Positions 44,033 through 53,221 of a DNA stretch of 64,000 nucleotides are shown piece after piece. This DNA comes from Halomarina oriensis (GTDB lineage Archaea; Halobacteriota; Halobacteria; Halobacteriales; Haloarculaceae), in contig NZ_WSZK01000023.1 of assembly GCF_009791395.1 (NCBI RefSeq), forward strand, positions 22,665 to 86,664, in the 5' to 3' direction. The notes under the pieces were generated by a model. It was not told the origin of the DNA. It made no database searches and was given only the letters and a program-made list of their open reading frames with translations. Each line of letters starts with the position of its first letter. The stretch's first letter is position 1. Made by a program: the position numbers and the translations under genes.

Positions 44033-44962
44033 ATGGAGTCGGACGACCCGGGAGGGACTGGCGACGCGTCCCTGTCGCCGGTGGGGGTCGAGACCCGTCT
44101 GTGGGCGTACTGGAAGATGAGCCGACCGTCACAGCTCCTGCTGGTGCTCGTCGTCTACGCGCTCGGCGCGAACGTCGCGCTGGCGACCGGCGCGACCCTC
44201 GACTGGCTCGCGCTCGCCGTCGGTACGGGCGCACTGCTCGGCGTCGCCGCGAGCGTCCACTACGCCAACGAGTACGCCGATTACGAGACCGACGCGGTCA
44301 CCGACCGAACACCGTTCTCCGGCGGGAGCGGCGCACTCGCCCGAACCGGCCTCTCACGAGCGGTCGCGCTCCGGGCGGGTCTCGGTTCGCTCGCGGTGGG
44401 CGGCGTCGTGGCGGCCGTCGGTCTGCTCGGGGGCGTCCTCACGCCACCCGCGTTCGCGTCGCTGGCCGTCATCGCCGTCTTCGGGTGGCAGTACTCCGTC
44501 GGACCACTCGAACTCGCGTGGCGCGGGTGGGGCGAACTCGACAACGCCGTGCTGGGCGGCCTCGTGCTCCCCGGATACGGGACGGCCGTCCTCGGTGGAC
44601 CGGTCGGGTTCACGCTGCTGGTCTGTCTCCCGCTCGCCCTGCTCGTGTTCGCCAACCTGCTGGCGACGCAGTGGCCCGACCGCCGCGCCGACGCGAGCGT
44701 CGGAAAGCGGACGCTCGTGACGCGACTCCCGGCCCCTCGGCTCAGAGCGCTGTACGTCGCCGTCGTCGTGAGCGCGTTCGGCAGCCTCCTGCTCCTCACG
44801 AGAGGGCCGCTCCCGACGCTCGTCGCCGGTGCGAGCCTGCTCGTCGTCCCGCTATCGGTGTGGGGGGCGGCCGGCTACACCGAACGGGAGGTGCCGTTCC
44901 CCAGCGTGGCCGCGATGGTCGCGCTCGTCGCCGTCCAGCTACTCGCGTGGAGCCTCGTCTGA
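44033..44962 (+). CDS. UbiA-family aromatic/isoprenoid prenyltransferase (polytopic membrane), 309 aa
   Basis: Asp-rich motif NEYADYETD (NxxxDxxxD) and 8-9 predicted TM helices. Confidence 0.72.
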   Translation: MESDDPGGTGDASLSPVGVETRLWAYWKMSRPSQLLLVLVVYALGANVALATGATLDWLALAVGTGALLGVAASVHYANEYADYETDAVTDRTPFSGGSGALARTGLSRAVALRAGLGSLAVGGVVAAVGLLGGVLTPPAFASLAVIAVFGWQYSVGPLELAWRGWGELDNAVLGGLVLPGYGTAVLGGPVGFTLLVCLPLALLVFANLLATQWPDRRADASVGKRTLVTRLPAPRLRALYVAVVVSAFGSLLLLTRGPLPTLVAGASLLVVPLSVWGAAGYTEREVPFPSVAAMVALVAVQLLAWSLV

Positions 44963-45691
44963 ACCCGGTTCGGACGCGAACCGGTCGAGCGCGAGCGACC
45001 AGTCGTACGACCGATACCGGATTCGGGGGGTCGCGTCCGCGGGAATCACCCCGTAGCGACGGAGCAGGCCGAGGACACCCGCTCGCCCGCCGAAGTCGCC
45101 GCGATACCAGAGCAGGAGTCGTGGCACGCGAACCACGCCCGCGTCGGCGTCGTACTCGGCCTCGCCGTCGAGATAGCCCGCCGTCGCGGTGTCGAGTTGC
45201 TCGTCGACGGCCTCGTGGTCGTACGCGAGGATGGGCGGACAGCTCTCGGCCCCGCAGTTGACCGCGAAGTGGATGCGCGGGTCGCGCTCGTCGACGCGGT
45301 GGGTGCGCTCGAACCCGTCGGCCCGTCGCGGGAGGTAGCCCAGCCCCAGCGAGTGCATCGAACGGCGGAGGATTCCGTGTTCGACGTCGTCCAGACTCAG
45401 GTCGTGGCCCGCGCATGCGACCACTGGCGCACCGAAGAAGCGTCGGCGGTCCTCGTACTGCTCGGGCGCAGCCGCGAGGACGAGTTGGACGTGGGCGTTG
45501 TAGACGTTCAGCCAGAACGCGAGGCGTCGGTCGTCCGTGTCGAGCGCCGCCGCCAGCCCGTCGGGGTCCAGGTCCCGAAGCGCGCGCTCGTGAGCGGTCG
45601 TCGGTTCGTCGTAGCGAACCGCCCGGAGGAAGTCGGCGGCGAGTGCGAGCGGGTCGTCCGTGACCGTCGCGGCGAGGGGGGCGTCGCTCAT
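44939..45691 (-). CDS. DUF547-domain protein, 250 aa
   Basis: Hallmarks FWLNVYNA and FAVNCGAESCPP. The 3' end overlaps the convergent UbiA gene by 24 nt. Confidence 0.65.
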   Translation of the reverse strand: MSDAPLAATVTDDPLALAADFLRAVRYDEPTTAHERALRDLDPDGLAAALDTDDRRLAFWLNVYNAHVQLVLAAAPEQYEDRRRFFGAPVVACAGHDLSLDDVEHGILRRSMHSLGLGYLPRRADGFERTHRVDERDPRIHFAVNCGAESCPPILAYDHEAVDEQLDTATAGYLDGEAEYDADAGVVRVPRLLLWYRGDFGGRAGVLGLLRRYGVIPADATPRIRYRSYDWSLALDRFASEPGSDEAPRE

Positions 45692-45763
45692 ACGGGGTAG
45701 TCACGCGCCGAGGCCATGGTCGTTTTCCGTAGTGTTTAACCGGCGCACGAGGGAGCAACGGGT

Positions 45764-46612
45764 ATGATAGGGTTCATCGGAGGCAGTGGGATCTACGACG
45801 CGCTCGACCTGGAGAACGTCCGCGAGGAGGACGTCACGACGCCCTTCGGCGACCCGAGCGCACCCGTCACGGTCGGCGAGATGGCCGGCACGGAGGTCGC
45901 CTTCCTCCCGCGCCACGGTCGCAACCACCAGTACAACCCGACGAACGCCCCCTACCGCGCCAACATCCACGCGCTGAAGCAGTTGGGCGTCGAGCGAATC
46001 CTCGCCAGCAACGCCGTCGGGAGTCTCCGCGAGGACCTGCCGCCACAGGCACTCCTCGTCCCCGACCAGATTTTCGACCGCACCAGCCACCGGCCGTACT
46101 CGTTCTTCGGCGAGGGGATGGTCGTCCACATGGGGTTCGCGGACCCGTACTGCCCGCACATGGTCGACCACCTCGCCGAGTCGGCGGGGACGGCGACCGA
46201 GGAGGGAGCCGAGAAGGGCGGCACCTACGTCTGCATCGAAGGTCCGCAGTACTCGACGCGTGCCGAGAGCGAGTTCTTCCGCGCACAGGGCTGGGACGTC
46301 GTCGGCATGACCGCCATCCCCGAGGCGAAACTCGCCCGCGAAGCCGAGATGTGCTACGCGACCATCACCGGCATCACCGACTACGACGTCTGGAAACAGG
46401 ACGCCGAGGTCACGCTCGACGAGGTGCTGGAGAACGCCGCCGCCAACGAGACGGCCATCAAGCGGGTCATCGACCACGCTATCGAACACCTGCCCGACGA
46501 ACGCGACTGTGACTGTGGGCACGCGCTCGAAGGCACCATCAACACGCCCAGCGAGGAGATCCCCGAGGCGACCAAACAGCAGGTCGACCTGCTCGCCGGC
46601 GAGTACCTGTAG
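45764..46612 (+). CDS. mtnP: S-methyl-5'-thioadenosine phosphorylase (MTAP; PNP/MTAP family), 282 aa
   Basis: N-terminus IGFIGGSGIYD, phosphate-binding region and purine-specificity region typical of the PNP/MTAP family. Confidence 0.85.
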   Translation: MIGFIGGSGIYDALDLENVREEDVTTPFGDPSAPVTVGEMAGTEVAFLPRHGRNHQYNPTNAPYRANIHALKQLGVERILASNAVGSLREDLPPQALLVPDQIFDRTSHRPYSFFGEGMVVHMGFADPYCPHMVDHLAESAGTATEEGAEKGGTYVCIEGPQYSTRAESEFFRAQGWDVVGMTAIPEAKLAREAEMCYATITGITDYDVWKQDAEVTLDEVLENAAANETAIKRVIDHAIEHLPDERDCDCGHALEGTINTPSEEIPEATKQQVDLLAGEYL

Positions 46613-46642
46613 GAGGAGTCGCCCGCTCCCCTCGTCGCGGTT

Positions 46643-47104
46643 CTACGCGAGTTCGAGGAGTGCGTCGTGGTCGACGCGCTCCTCGTCGCTCGTCAGGGAC
46701 TCGCGTGCTCCGTCTCCCTCCCGGCAGTTCTCACAGTAGACGTTGACACCCCAGTCACCGGTCGACAGCGGAACCCCGAACGCGAACGTCCGCTCGGCGA
46801 AGCGGCGTTTCTCACCCACCTCGACGTGGCCGCCACACTCGTCACAGGTCTCGTCGCGGGCGACGGCGTACTCCACCTCCCGTTTCGTCCCGAACGTCGT
46901 CACGGGGTGTGTGCGAGCGCCGTTCGCGGCCCACAGGAGGAGGATGGTCGCGAACAGCGACGCGACGACGAAGAGCGGCGGGGCGTCCAGCGCACGCGGA
47001 AGCGCCACCGAGAGGACGACGGCACCGACGGCGAGTGCGAGGTCGACGAGGAAGAGCAACTTCTCACCGAGGCTGTCGGCGAACGTGGAGGGGCGGTCGG
47101 ACAT
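46643..47104 (-). CDS. Membrane protein (2 TM) with C-terminal zinc-ribbon-like domain (CDECGGH...CENC), 153 aa
   Basis: Two hydrophobic helices followed by CxxC...CxxC. Confidence 0.5.
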   Translation of the reverse strand: MSDRPSTFADSLGEKLLFLVDLALAVGAVVLSVALPRALDAPPLFVVASLFATILLLWAANGARTHPVTTFGTKREVEYAVARDETCDECGGHVEVGEKRRFAERTFAFGVPLSTGDWGVNVYCENCREGDGARESLTSDEERVDHDALLELA

Positions 47105-47145
47105 ACGAACCGGTTACTGTAACAGAACGAAAACGCTTGCGGAGG

Positions 47146-48174
47146 TCAGTCCGCGATGGCTTCGGCGGGCGCGTCGGTCGCCGCCGGGTCCCGAATCCAG
47201 AGGTCGCCGAACAGTTCGTCCTGTTCGAGGCGAATCTGCTTGCGGTGCGCGAGGAACAGCAGTGCGAGGAACGTCTCGACGCGTGCGCCGCCGGCGTCCT
47301 GAATCTCGGCGAACAGCACCTCGTCGCGCCCGGCGTCGTACTGCTCGCGCAGATCACGGTAGACGTGCTGGATGGTCGTCTCCATGTCCTCTTGATGAGC
47401 AGTGCCGGTGACGTCGTCCGCGGTCGGTTCGTCGTCCAGTCGCAGGTCGTCGGCCGTGTGGTAGTCGAGGGTCTGCGTTCCCCTGCGAAAACCCTTCGGT
47501 GAGTCGCTGGTGTCGTACGTTCGGGACTCCTTCCACCACGACCCGCGCTCGGCTTCCCGCAACTCACGCACGAGTTCGTCGAGCGTCTCGGGCATCCCAC
47601 GGGCGCGCTTGCGTTCGAGGCGGCGGTCCATCTCGCGGTCCAGCGCGTCGAACGGGTCCGGTCGCCAGTCCTCGTCGGCGTCCGCGGGTGGCGCGTCCCA
47701 CGGCTCCTCCCACGGTTCCGGCTCCTCGGGTTCGTCCGGTTCCATCAGCGCGTCGGACTTCATCCGCAGGAGGACGCTCGCGTAGAACAACGCGCGCCCC
47801 CCGGTCCGGATGTCCGGGTCGTCGATGGCGTCGAGGAACGCGTCGGTGACGGCGACGATGTCGATGTCCCACGGCTCGATTTCGCCACGGTCGGCGAGTT
47901 GCACGAGCAGTTCGACCGGTTCGACCGCCTCGCCCTCGTCGTCGGTCGGGAGGTCTTCGGGGGCGTCGACGGGGCGTTCGGAGTCCTCGTCGCCGCCCTC
48001 GTCGACACCGAACAGCGCCGCCGCGTCGTCGGTGCCGTTCTCACGCTCGTGCTTTCGCTCGTCGTGACCCGCGATGTTCAGCGAGACGCCGTCGGCGACC
48101 TCCTGTCCACCGTCGGTGTAGAACGCCTCGCGGTCTTCTCGGTCGCGTTCAGCCTCGTCGCCTCGTTCAATCAT
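47146..48174 (-). CDS. scpA: Segregation and condensation protein A (kleisin), highly acidic haloarchaeal form, 342 aa
   Basis: Located immediately downstream of smc with ATGA overlap at 48171-48174. Conserved C-terminal winged-helix region (ETFLALLFLAHRKQIRLEQDELFGDLWI). Confidence 0.8.
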   Translation of the reverse strand: MIERGDEAERDREDREAFYTDGGQEVADGVSLNIAGHDERKHERENGTDDAAALFGVDEGGDEDSERPVDAPEDLPTDDEGEAVEPVELLVQLADRGEIEPWDIDIVAVTDAFLDAIDDPDIRTGGRALFYASVLLRMKSDALMEPDEPEEPEPWEEPWDAPPADADEDWRPDPFDALDREMDRRLERKRARGMPETLDELVRELREAERGSWWKESRTYDTSDSPKGFRRGTQTLDYHTADDLRLDDEPTADDVTGTAHQEDMETTIQHVYRDLREQYDAGRDEVLFAEIQDAGGARVETFLALLFLAHRKQIRLEQDELFGDLWIRDPAATDAPAEAIAD

Positions 48175-51100
48175 CCGCCGGCACCCCCTGCCCGCTCAGG
48201 TCGATACCAGTGACGGCGCTCACGTTGTCGTCCATCATCGTCACGCCGATGGCGCGCTCGGAGCGTTCGAGCAGCGCCGAGCGGTGCGAGACGACGATGA
48301 ACTGCGCGTCGTCGGCCAGCGCGTCGACCATCTCGCCGACGGCCTCGGCGTTGGCGGCGTCGAGGAACGCGTCGACCTCGTCCAGCGCGTAGAACGGGGC
48401 CGGGTTGTGGCGCTGGATGGCGAAGATGAACGCCAGCGCGGTCAGCGACTTCTCCCCACCGCTCATCGCGTCGAGGCGCTGGACCGGCTTGTCTCTCGGC
48501 TGAGCCTTCATCGTCAGGCCGCCCTCGAACGGGTCGGTCTCGTCTTCGAGGACGAGCGTCCCCGACCCGCTGGAGAGGCGCTCGAAGATGTCCTCGAAGT
48601 GCTCGCGGATGGCCTCGTAGGACTCCATGAACGTCGCCTTCTTCTTCGCCTCGAACCCCTCGATGCGCTCGACGATACCGTCTCGCTCCTCGACGAGCGT
48701 CTCGCGTTTCTCTTCGAGGTCCGCGAGGTCCTCGGCGACGGCGTCGTACTCGTCGATGGCGAGCATGTTGACCGGTTCGAGCGCCTCCATCTCGACGTCG
48801 AGACGGGCGATTTCGGCCTCGACGGTGTCGTGGTCGGGGACGTCCTCGGGGTCGTAGTCGCCGACCTGCGCGGCGAGTTCGTCGACCTCCCACTCCAGTC
48901 GGTCACGCTTCTCTCGGGCGTTGTCGAGACGCGACTCGACACGACCGAGTTTCTCCTTCGCGGCGTCGCGTTCCTCCCTCGCCTCCCGGAGGTCCGCTTT
49001 CAGGTCGTCGCGTTCTTCTTTGAGGTCGGTCAACTCCGCTTCGAGGTCGGCGACCTGCTCGTGTTTCTCCTCCAGAACCTCGTTCTGGTCCTCGATTTCG
49101 GACTCCAGTTCGACGACCCGTTCTTCGGCCTCTGCCTTCCGGTTCTGAGCCGACTCGATGTCGTCGTGGAGGTCCTCGATGGCCTCCTCGGCGTACTGCT
49201 TCTCCAGCTGGAGTTCGTTGAGGCGACCGTCGAGGTCGTCGGTCTCCTCGTCGAGCGTCGCTATCTCCTCGCGGATGGCCTCCGCTCGCTCGGTGAGTTC
49301 CGCCACCTCGGAGTCGCGGAGTTCGGCTTCGAGGTCCGCGATGTCGGACTCGATGGCCTCGATGGTCTCGTCCTGCTCGGCGATGTCCGCTTCGAGGTCG
49401 TCCATCCGCTCGGAGACCTCCTCGCGGTCCTCGTCGATGGCGTCGAGTTCGCCCTCCTTGCGCTCGACGGTGTCCCGAATCTCCTCGATTCGTCCCTCCG
49501 TCTTCTCCATCTCGGTCTCGACGTCGCGGACCTTGTCGGCGGCGTTGGCCTGTCGGTCCCGAGCGTCGTCGAGTCGAGATTCGACGTCACGCAACTCCTC
49601 GCGGACGGACTGGCGTTTCTCCTCCAACTCGTTGATGCGCTTGGCGACGCGTTCGAGTTGTCCCGCACCGGACGAAAAGGAGTACCGAGAGCCCGAACGC
49701 GACCCACCGGTCATCGCCCCGCTCTTCTCGACGAGGTCCCCGTCGACGGTGACCATCCGGAACTTGCCCATCAGGTCGCGGGCGGTCGCCATGTCCTCGA
49801 CGACGAGCGTGTCGCCCACGACGTACGAGAAGACGTCCGCGTACATCGGGTCGAAGTCGACGAGGTTGTACACGAAGTCCACGACGCCGTCCTCGCTGGG
49901 GAGCGAGGGGAGCGAGCGTCCGTGCATCTTCGACATCGGGAGGAACGTCGCCCGACCCGCGTTCCGGGACTTCAGGAACTCGATACAGCGCTGGCCGACG
50001 CCGTCGTCCTCCACGACGACGTTGGCGAGTCGACCGCCGGCCGCGGTCTCACAGGCCGTCGCGTACTGCGGTGAGACACCACCGAGTTGGCCCACGGTGC
50101 CGTGGACCCCCTGTTTGTCGGCGTTGAGGACGGTCGTGACGGCCCGTCCGTACGACGAGTCGCCCGACTCACCCGCCTTCGCTTCGAGTTCGGCGTACTC
50201 CGCCTGGGCGGCGCTGACCTCGTCGTCGACCGAATCGAGGTCGTCCTGTAGCTCGTACTTCTCGGCGCGCAGGTCGTCGACGACCGACTCGATGGTCGTC
50301 TTGTTCTTCCGCGCCTTCTCCAACTCCGCTTCGAGGTCCGCGATGTCGGCTTCGAGGTCCGGAATCTCGCTCTCGAGGTCCGCTATCTCCTCGCGCAGGT
50401 CGCGCTGTTCGTTGGTGCGCCGACGCGCCTCGTCGAGCAGGCGGTCCTGCTCGCGCTGGAGTTCGTTCTTCTCGACTTTCGCCTCCTCCAGTCGGTCGCG
50501 TGCGTCCGCGAGGTCGGTCTTCAGCTGTTCGTACTCGTCGTCGACGGCGGCGATGTCCGCCTCGACCGATTCGAGTTCGGCCTGCTTCTCCTGTCTGTCG
50601 GCCTTGAGCGACGCTTTCTCGACCTTGACGTTGCGGACCTTCGCGTGCAGGTCGTCGACCCGTTCCTGTTTGCGGTCGACCTTCACGAACGCCTGTCGCC
50701 GCTTGTTCTCGGCGTCCTTGATGCGTTCGCGGGCGCTCTCCATCTGGTCTTCGAGCCGGGATATCTCGCCTTTGACCTCCTCTATCTCGCGTTTGACCCG
50801 CAACTGCTCGTCCTCGCCCGTCCGCTCGATTTCGGCGTTCAGGTCTTCGAGGTCCTCCTCCAGACGGACGACGGTACCTTGCTTCTCGTCGAGTTCGCGC
50901 TGGCGGTCGGCGAGTGTCTCTTCGTCGCGTTCGATCTTCGACTCGGTCCGCTCCAACTCGGCGCGCTTGTCTTCGAGTTCCGCCGCCTTGAGGTAGCCCT
51001 CGTACTCCTCGCGTTCCTCCTTGAGGTCCTGGTACTGGAGGGCGGTCTCGCGTTCGTCTTCGAGTTGGTGGAGGCGCTCTTGTTTCTCCTCGATGCGGAG

Positions 51101-51733
51101 GTCCGCCTCGTCGACGCGCTCTTCGACCGTCTCCAGTTCCTCCATCGCGTCCGCTTTCCGGGCGTCGAACTCCGCGACGCCCGCGATCTCGTCGATGATC
51201 TCTCGACGAGAGCCGGGGGTCATGTTGATGATTTCGGTCACGTCGCCCTGCATCACGACGTTGTAGCCCTCCGGGGCGACTCCGGCCTGTGCGAGCAGGT
51301 CCTGGATGTCCGAGAGGTTGACCGAGCGACCGTTGAGGTAGTAGTACGAGTAGTAGTTGTCCTCGGTCTGCTTGACCCGGCGCTTGATGACGATCTCGTC
51401 GGTGTCACCGACGCTGTCCGTTCCCGCCGCAGTCGTCACCTGCGACCGGGTGAGCGTCCCGTCGCCGTTGTCGAGGACGACTTCGACGGCCGCCTCGCGC
51501 TCGCCGGAGAACTCCGTCCCGTCGTCGTCGGGGTTGTAGATGAGGTCGGTGAGTTTCTCCGCGCGGATACCCGACGTGCGGGCGAGACCCAGCGCGAACA
51601 GCACCGAGTCGATGATGTTGGACTTGCCCGAGCCGTTCGGGCCGCTGATGGTGGTGAAGTCCTCGTAGAACGGTATCCGCGTCTTCCGGCCGAAGCTCTT
51701 GAAGTCGTCGAGGACGAGCTCTTTGATGTGCAT
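48167..51733 (-). CDS. smc: Chromosome segregation protein SMC, about 1188 aa
   Basis: N-terminal Walker A GPNGSGKSN, long coiled coils, hinge with GG motif, C-terminal signature LSGGEKSLTALAFIFAIQ and Walker B. The start at MHIKELVLDDFKSFG (ATG 51733) is the canonical SMC N-terminus. The listed start at 51913 adds an Arg-rich junk extension. Confidence 0.92.
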   Translation of the reverse strand: MHIKELVLDDFKSFGRKTRIPFYEDFTTISGPNGSGKSNIIDSVLFALGLARTSGIRAEKLTDLIYNPDDDGTEFSGEREAAVEVVLDNGDGTLTRSQVTTAAGTDSVGDTDEIVIKRRVKQTEDNYYSYYYLNGRSVNLSDIQDLLAQAGVAPEGYNVVMQGDVTEIINMTPGSRREIIDEIAGVAEFDARKADAMEELETVEERVDEADLRIEEKQERLHQLEDERETALQYQDLKEEREEYEGYLKAAELEDKRAELERTESKIERDEETLADRQRELDEKQGTVVRLEEDLEDLNAEIERTGEDEQLRVKREIEEVKGEISRLEDQMESARERIKDAENKRRQAFVKVDRKQERVDDLHAKVRNVKVEKASLKADRQEKQAELESVEADIAAVDDEYEQLKTDLADARDRLEEAKVEKNELQREQDRLLDEARRRTNEQRDLREEIADLESEIPDLEADIADLEAELEKARKNKTTIESVVDDLRAEKYELQDDLDSVDDEVSAAQAEYAELEAKAGESGDSSYGRAVTTVLNADKQGVHGTVGQLGGVSPQYATACETAAGGRLANVVVEDDGVGQRCIEFLKSRNAGRATFLPMSKMHGRSLPSLPSEDGVVDFVYNLVDFDPMYADVFSYVVGDTLVVEDMATARDLMGKFRMVTVDGDLVEKSGAMTGGSRSGSRYSFSSGAGQLERVAKRINELEEKRQSVREELRDVESRLDDARDRQANAADKVRDVETEMEKTEGRIEEIRDTVERKEGELDAIDEDREEVSERMDDLEADIAEQDETIEAIESDIADLEAELRDSEVAELTERAEAIREEIATLDEETDDLDGRLNELQLEKQYAEEAIEDLHDDIESAQNRKAEAEERVVELESEIEDQNEVLEEKHEQVADLEAELTDLKEERDDLKADLREAREERDAAKEKLGRVESRLDNAREKRDRLEWEVDELAAQVGDYDPEDVPDHDTVEAEIARLDVEMEALEPVNMLAIDEYDAVAEDLADLEEKRETLVEERDGIVERIEGFEAKKKATFMESYEAIREHFEDIFERLSSGSGTLVLEDETDPFEGGLTMKAQPRDKPVQRLDAMSGGEKSLTALAFIFAIQRHNPAPFYALDEVDAFLDAANAEAVGEMVDALADDAQFIVVSHRSALLERSERAIGVTMMDDNVSAVTGIDLSGQGVPADD

Positions 51734-51758
51734 GGGGGGCGCTCGTGTGCGAACCCCG

Positions 51759-52019
51759 TTACGCGACGATGATTTCGTCGGTGTCGGAGTCCGTACTTTC
51801 CTCCTCGTTCTCCTGGGTGGACTTGGACGTGTCGGATTCGTCGTCCGCGTCCTCACGGGTCGGCTTCCCCTCGATGATGTCCATCTCCGGGTCGACGGCG
51901 TCTTCGAGCGCACGGAGTCGTTCCTTGCACTCGACGAGTTCGTCGGTCAGTCCCGTGACGGACGCTTCGAGTTGTTTGACGCGCGCTTCCAGGTCCTCCA
52001 CCCGATTCCCACTGGTCAT
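51759..52019 (-). CDS. Small acidic coiled-coil protein immediately upstream of smc, 86 aa
   Basis: VEDLEARVKQLEASVTGLTDELVECKERLRALEDAV heptad pattern followed by an acidic tail. The stop is 25 nt before the smc ATG. Confidence 0.45.
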   Translation of the reverse strand: MTSGNRVEDLEARVKQLEASVTGLTDELVECKERLRALEDAVDPEMDIIEGKPTREDADDESDTSKSTQENEEESTDSDTDEIIVA

Positions 52020-52196
52020 ATCTACTCTCGACTGTCCCAGACGTATAAACCTGCGTCAGACAATGACACCGTCCCGCGACACTCACCGCCCGCGGACGGT
52101 CGGCCACCGTCGGGTGGAACGACCGACGGTCTCCCGACCGCTCGGGCGGTCTGCCGCTGGCGACAACACTTCACTGGCCGCCCCCGTAGCGGTCGT

Positions 52197-53063
52197 ATGC
52201 GCACGGAGACCGTCCCCGGCGACTCCGAGTACGTCGACACCGGCGCGGTTCGACTACACGTCCGGACGGCGGGTCCGGCCGACGGCCCACCGGTCGTCCT
52301 CCTCCACGGCTTCCCCGAGTTCTGGTACGGCTGGCACCGCCAACTGGACGCGCTGGCCGAGGCGGGCTACCGCGTGCTCGTCCCGGACCAGCGTGGCTAC
52401 AACCTCTCGGACCGGCCCGCCACGCACGAAGCGTACCGCGTCGACAACCTCGCCGACGACGTCCGGGGCGTGCTGGACGCGACGGGTCACGACGAAGCGG
52501 CCATCGTCGGCCACGACTGGGGCGCGATGGTCGCGTGGGTGTTCGCACAGGAGCACCCCGAACGCGTCGAACGACTGGGCATCCTGAACGTTCCCCACCC
52601 GGCCGCGTTCGGCGAGACGTTGCGCGGGAACTGGGAGCAGGTGTTCCGCTCGTGGTACGCCGGGTTCTTCCAGGTGCCACGGCTCCCCGAGGCGGCGATG
52701 CGCGCGCGGGACTACCGCCTGCTGGAGCGAGCGCTGACCGGGAGCGCCCGACCGGGCACGTTCACCGACGACGACCTGCGCCGGTATCGGACCGCGTGGG
52801 GCCGGACGGGGGCGCTGACGGGCATGTTGAACTGGTATCGCGCCAACGGCCTCGGCAGCGGGCTGTTCGACCGGGACGAGCGTATCGAACCGGAGACGCT
52901 GATCCTGTGGGGCACCGACGACGTGGCGCTAGTCGAGGAGAACGCCGAGCGCAGTCTGTCGTTCTGTGCGGACGGGACGCTCGAACGGTTCGAGGCGTCC
53001 CACTGGCTCCAGCACGAACGGAGCGAGGAGGTCTCGGAGCGTCTGGTCGCGTTTCTGAGCTAG
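52197..53063 (+). CDS. Alpha/beta hydrolase (epoxide-hydrolase/haloalkane-dehalogenase-like subfamily), 288 aa
   Basis: HGFPEFWYGW oxyanion region, nucleophile elbow GHDWG, C-terminal His. Internal Met MRTETVPGD of listed ORF 51699..53063. Confidence 0.75.
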   Translation: MRTETVPGDSEYVDTGAVRLHVRTAGPADGPPVVLLHGFPEFWYGWHRQLDALAEAGYRVLVPDQRGYNLSDRPATHEAYRVDNLADDVRGVLDATGHDEAAIVGHDWGAMVAWVFAQEHPERVERLGILNVPHPAAFGETLRGNWEQVFRSWYAGFFQVPRLPEAAMRARDYRLLERALTGSARPGTFTDDDLRRYRTAWGRTGALTGMLNWYRANGLGSGLFDRDERIEPETLILWGTDDVALVEENAERSLSFCADGTLERFEASHWLQHERSEEVSERLVAFLS

Positions 53064-53221
53064 CAGCGAGAGACGGCGAAACTGGTTCGAGATGCGCTCG
53101 GCGGGACGTCCGTCGCGGCCTCCGAGGTCACGAACTCCTGCGCCACAGCAGCGAAACGACACCGAACCCACGCCGGTCCCGATACGCTTTACCCCACCGA
53201 AGAAGAACCCCTCGCCAATCA

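Noticed and set aside
43702-45261. 519-aa plus-strand Arg-rich ORF
   Set aside because: Alternate frame across the PRTase and UbiA genes. More than 25% Arg.
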